DNA of 34,466 nucleotides from a virus (Duplodnaviria; Caudoviricetes): IMG/VR virus record IMGVR_UViG_3300020044_003000, positions 1 to 34,466 of that record; one strand, 5' to 3'. Shown piece by piece: positions 33,888 to 34,466 of this stretch (position 1 is its first letter; each line of letters starts with the position of its first letter). The notes under the pieces were generated by a model. It saw only the letters and a program-made list of their open reading frames with translations, ran no database searches and was not told where the DNA came from. The position numbers and the translations under genes were made by a program.

Positions 33888-34015
33888 TTCTTTTTGCCCT
33901 TCCTAGCCTTTGCGTACGCTATCGCCACTGCTTGCTTCTGCGGCTTTCCGGCGGCCATCTCGGTCTTGATGTTAGCAGACACTGACTTCTTGCTGTATCC
34001 CTTCTTCAATGGCAT
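33884..34015 (-). CDS. Small basic protein (43 aa; absent from ORF track)
   Basis: MPLKKGYSKKSVSANIKTEMAAGKPQKQAVAIAYAKARKGKKK*; GGGG RBS; ATGA coupling to the endonuclease. Confidence 0.75.
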   Translation of the reverse strand: MPLKKGYSKKSVSANIKTEMAAGKPQKQAVAIAYAKARKGKKK

Positions 34016-34187
34016 AGACTTTACCCCGTCCCAGTACACAGTTGTCACCCGAATGAAGGTCTACAGGACACTTACATTCAGGGTAAGTACATTTCTTGTT
34101 GAATATCTTATCCCAATTATCGCGTCCTTGCTTTGATAGTACCCTAGACTGAATCTTGTCGCCGGTAATGTCGTTTGTTGCTGTCAT
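33972..34187 (-). CDS. Small phage protein with Cys-rich C-terminus
   Basis: ATNDITGD.IQSR...RDNWDKIF; ATGA coupling with the upstream gene. Confidence 0.6.
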   Translation of the reverse strand: MTATNDITGDKIQSRVLSKQGRDNWDKIFNKKCTYPECKCPVDLHSGDNCVLGRGKVYAIEEGIQQEVSVC

Positions 34188-34466
34188 GGTGCTTCCTTGA
34201 TAAATACGCCATGCTCGTTTAGATAGCCCGTCCGATACTTGATCTGGTCATAGGCAAAGTCGGCACACTGGTACAGGGTTAGGTCATTTTTGGCTGCGAT
34301 CCCGCCCAACTGGTTAAGAGCATCGTAGTACCGCCCGCCGATCTGATTGCCGTAATATCTGAGAGAGGCATACGTTGTACAGAGCATACCGCAAAGGGTC
34401 ATGGTGTCCAGCGTGTCCGGTTTTGTGTTGGCTGCTGCTGACTTAAGTTCACCCAGGCGGCCTGCA
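34184..34466 (-). CDS. 5'-truncated MazG-like gene, diverged homolog of 24..494
   Basis: Frame is open to the window end; translation AGRLGELKSAAANTKPDTLDTMTLCGMLCTTYASLRYY... aligns without gaps to the C-terminal half of 24..494. Confidence 0.8.
   Translation of the reverse strand, partial: AGRLGELKSAAANTKPDTLDTMTLCGMLCTTYASLRYYGNQIGGRYYDALNQLGGIAAKNDLTLYQCADFAYDQIKYRTGYLNEHGVFIKEAP

Larger units (their letters stand above)
1..34466. mobile_element. Near-complete P22-like (podovirus-type) bacteriophage genome, circularly permuted
   Basis: Terminase, portal, scaffold, coat, gp4/gp10, ejection, tail and lysis genes plus lambdoid replication/recombination/nin genes; no host housekeeping genes; the two ends are homologous and colinear. 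Confidence 0.93.

Noticed and set aside
34164-34466. Diverged end repeat as a diversity-generating retroelement TR/VR pair
   Set aside because: Mismatches are not adenine-specific, many are synonymous, and no reverse transcriptase is encoded

Overview
The window is an apparently near-complete (unit length ~34.16 kb) tailed-phage genome with P22-like (podovirus) virion genes and a lambdoid-style early region; the host is probably a proteobacterium. A divergent control region at ~5.25-5.39 kb drives two arms. The short rightward arm (5.4-9.3 kb) carries small ORFs, Erf, a YqaJ-type exonuclease, SSB, a cell-wall hydrolase, DUF3310 and a SutA-like protein, and ends at an intrinsic terminator. The long leftward arm runs Cro-like HTH, Arc-like RHH, O-like initiator with iterons, P-like loader, NinB, PAPS-reductase-like protein, NinG, C5-methyltransferase-like, Rmf-like and MazG-like genes. 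It then continues from the right end of the window through terminase, portal, scaffold, coat, gp4/gp10, ejection proteins, two tail proteins and lysis genes. No integrase, peptidase-type CI, Q antiterminator, tRNA, CRISPR array or reverse transcriptase was recognised. Notable features: (i) a pre-toxin-like + ADP-ribosyltransferase-like gene between portal and scaffold; (ii) Rmf-like and SutA-like homologues of host dormancy factors; (iii) two identical convergent promoters around the RHH gene, defining an OOP-like antisense RNA; (iv) four free-standing homing-endonuclease-like genes, one of which appears to have split a small gene; (v) structured leader RNAs; (vi) window ends that overlap colinearly over 303 nt but are only ~70% identical. 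All protein calls are from motif recognition and synteny by eye, not database searches.
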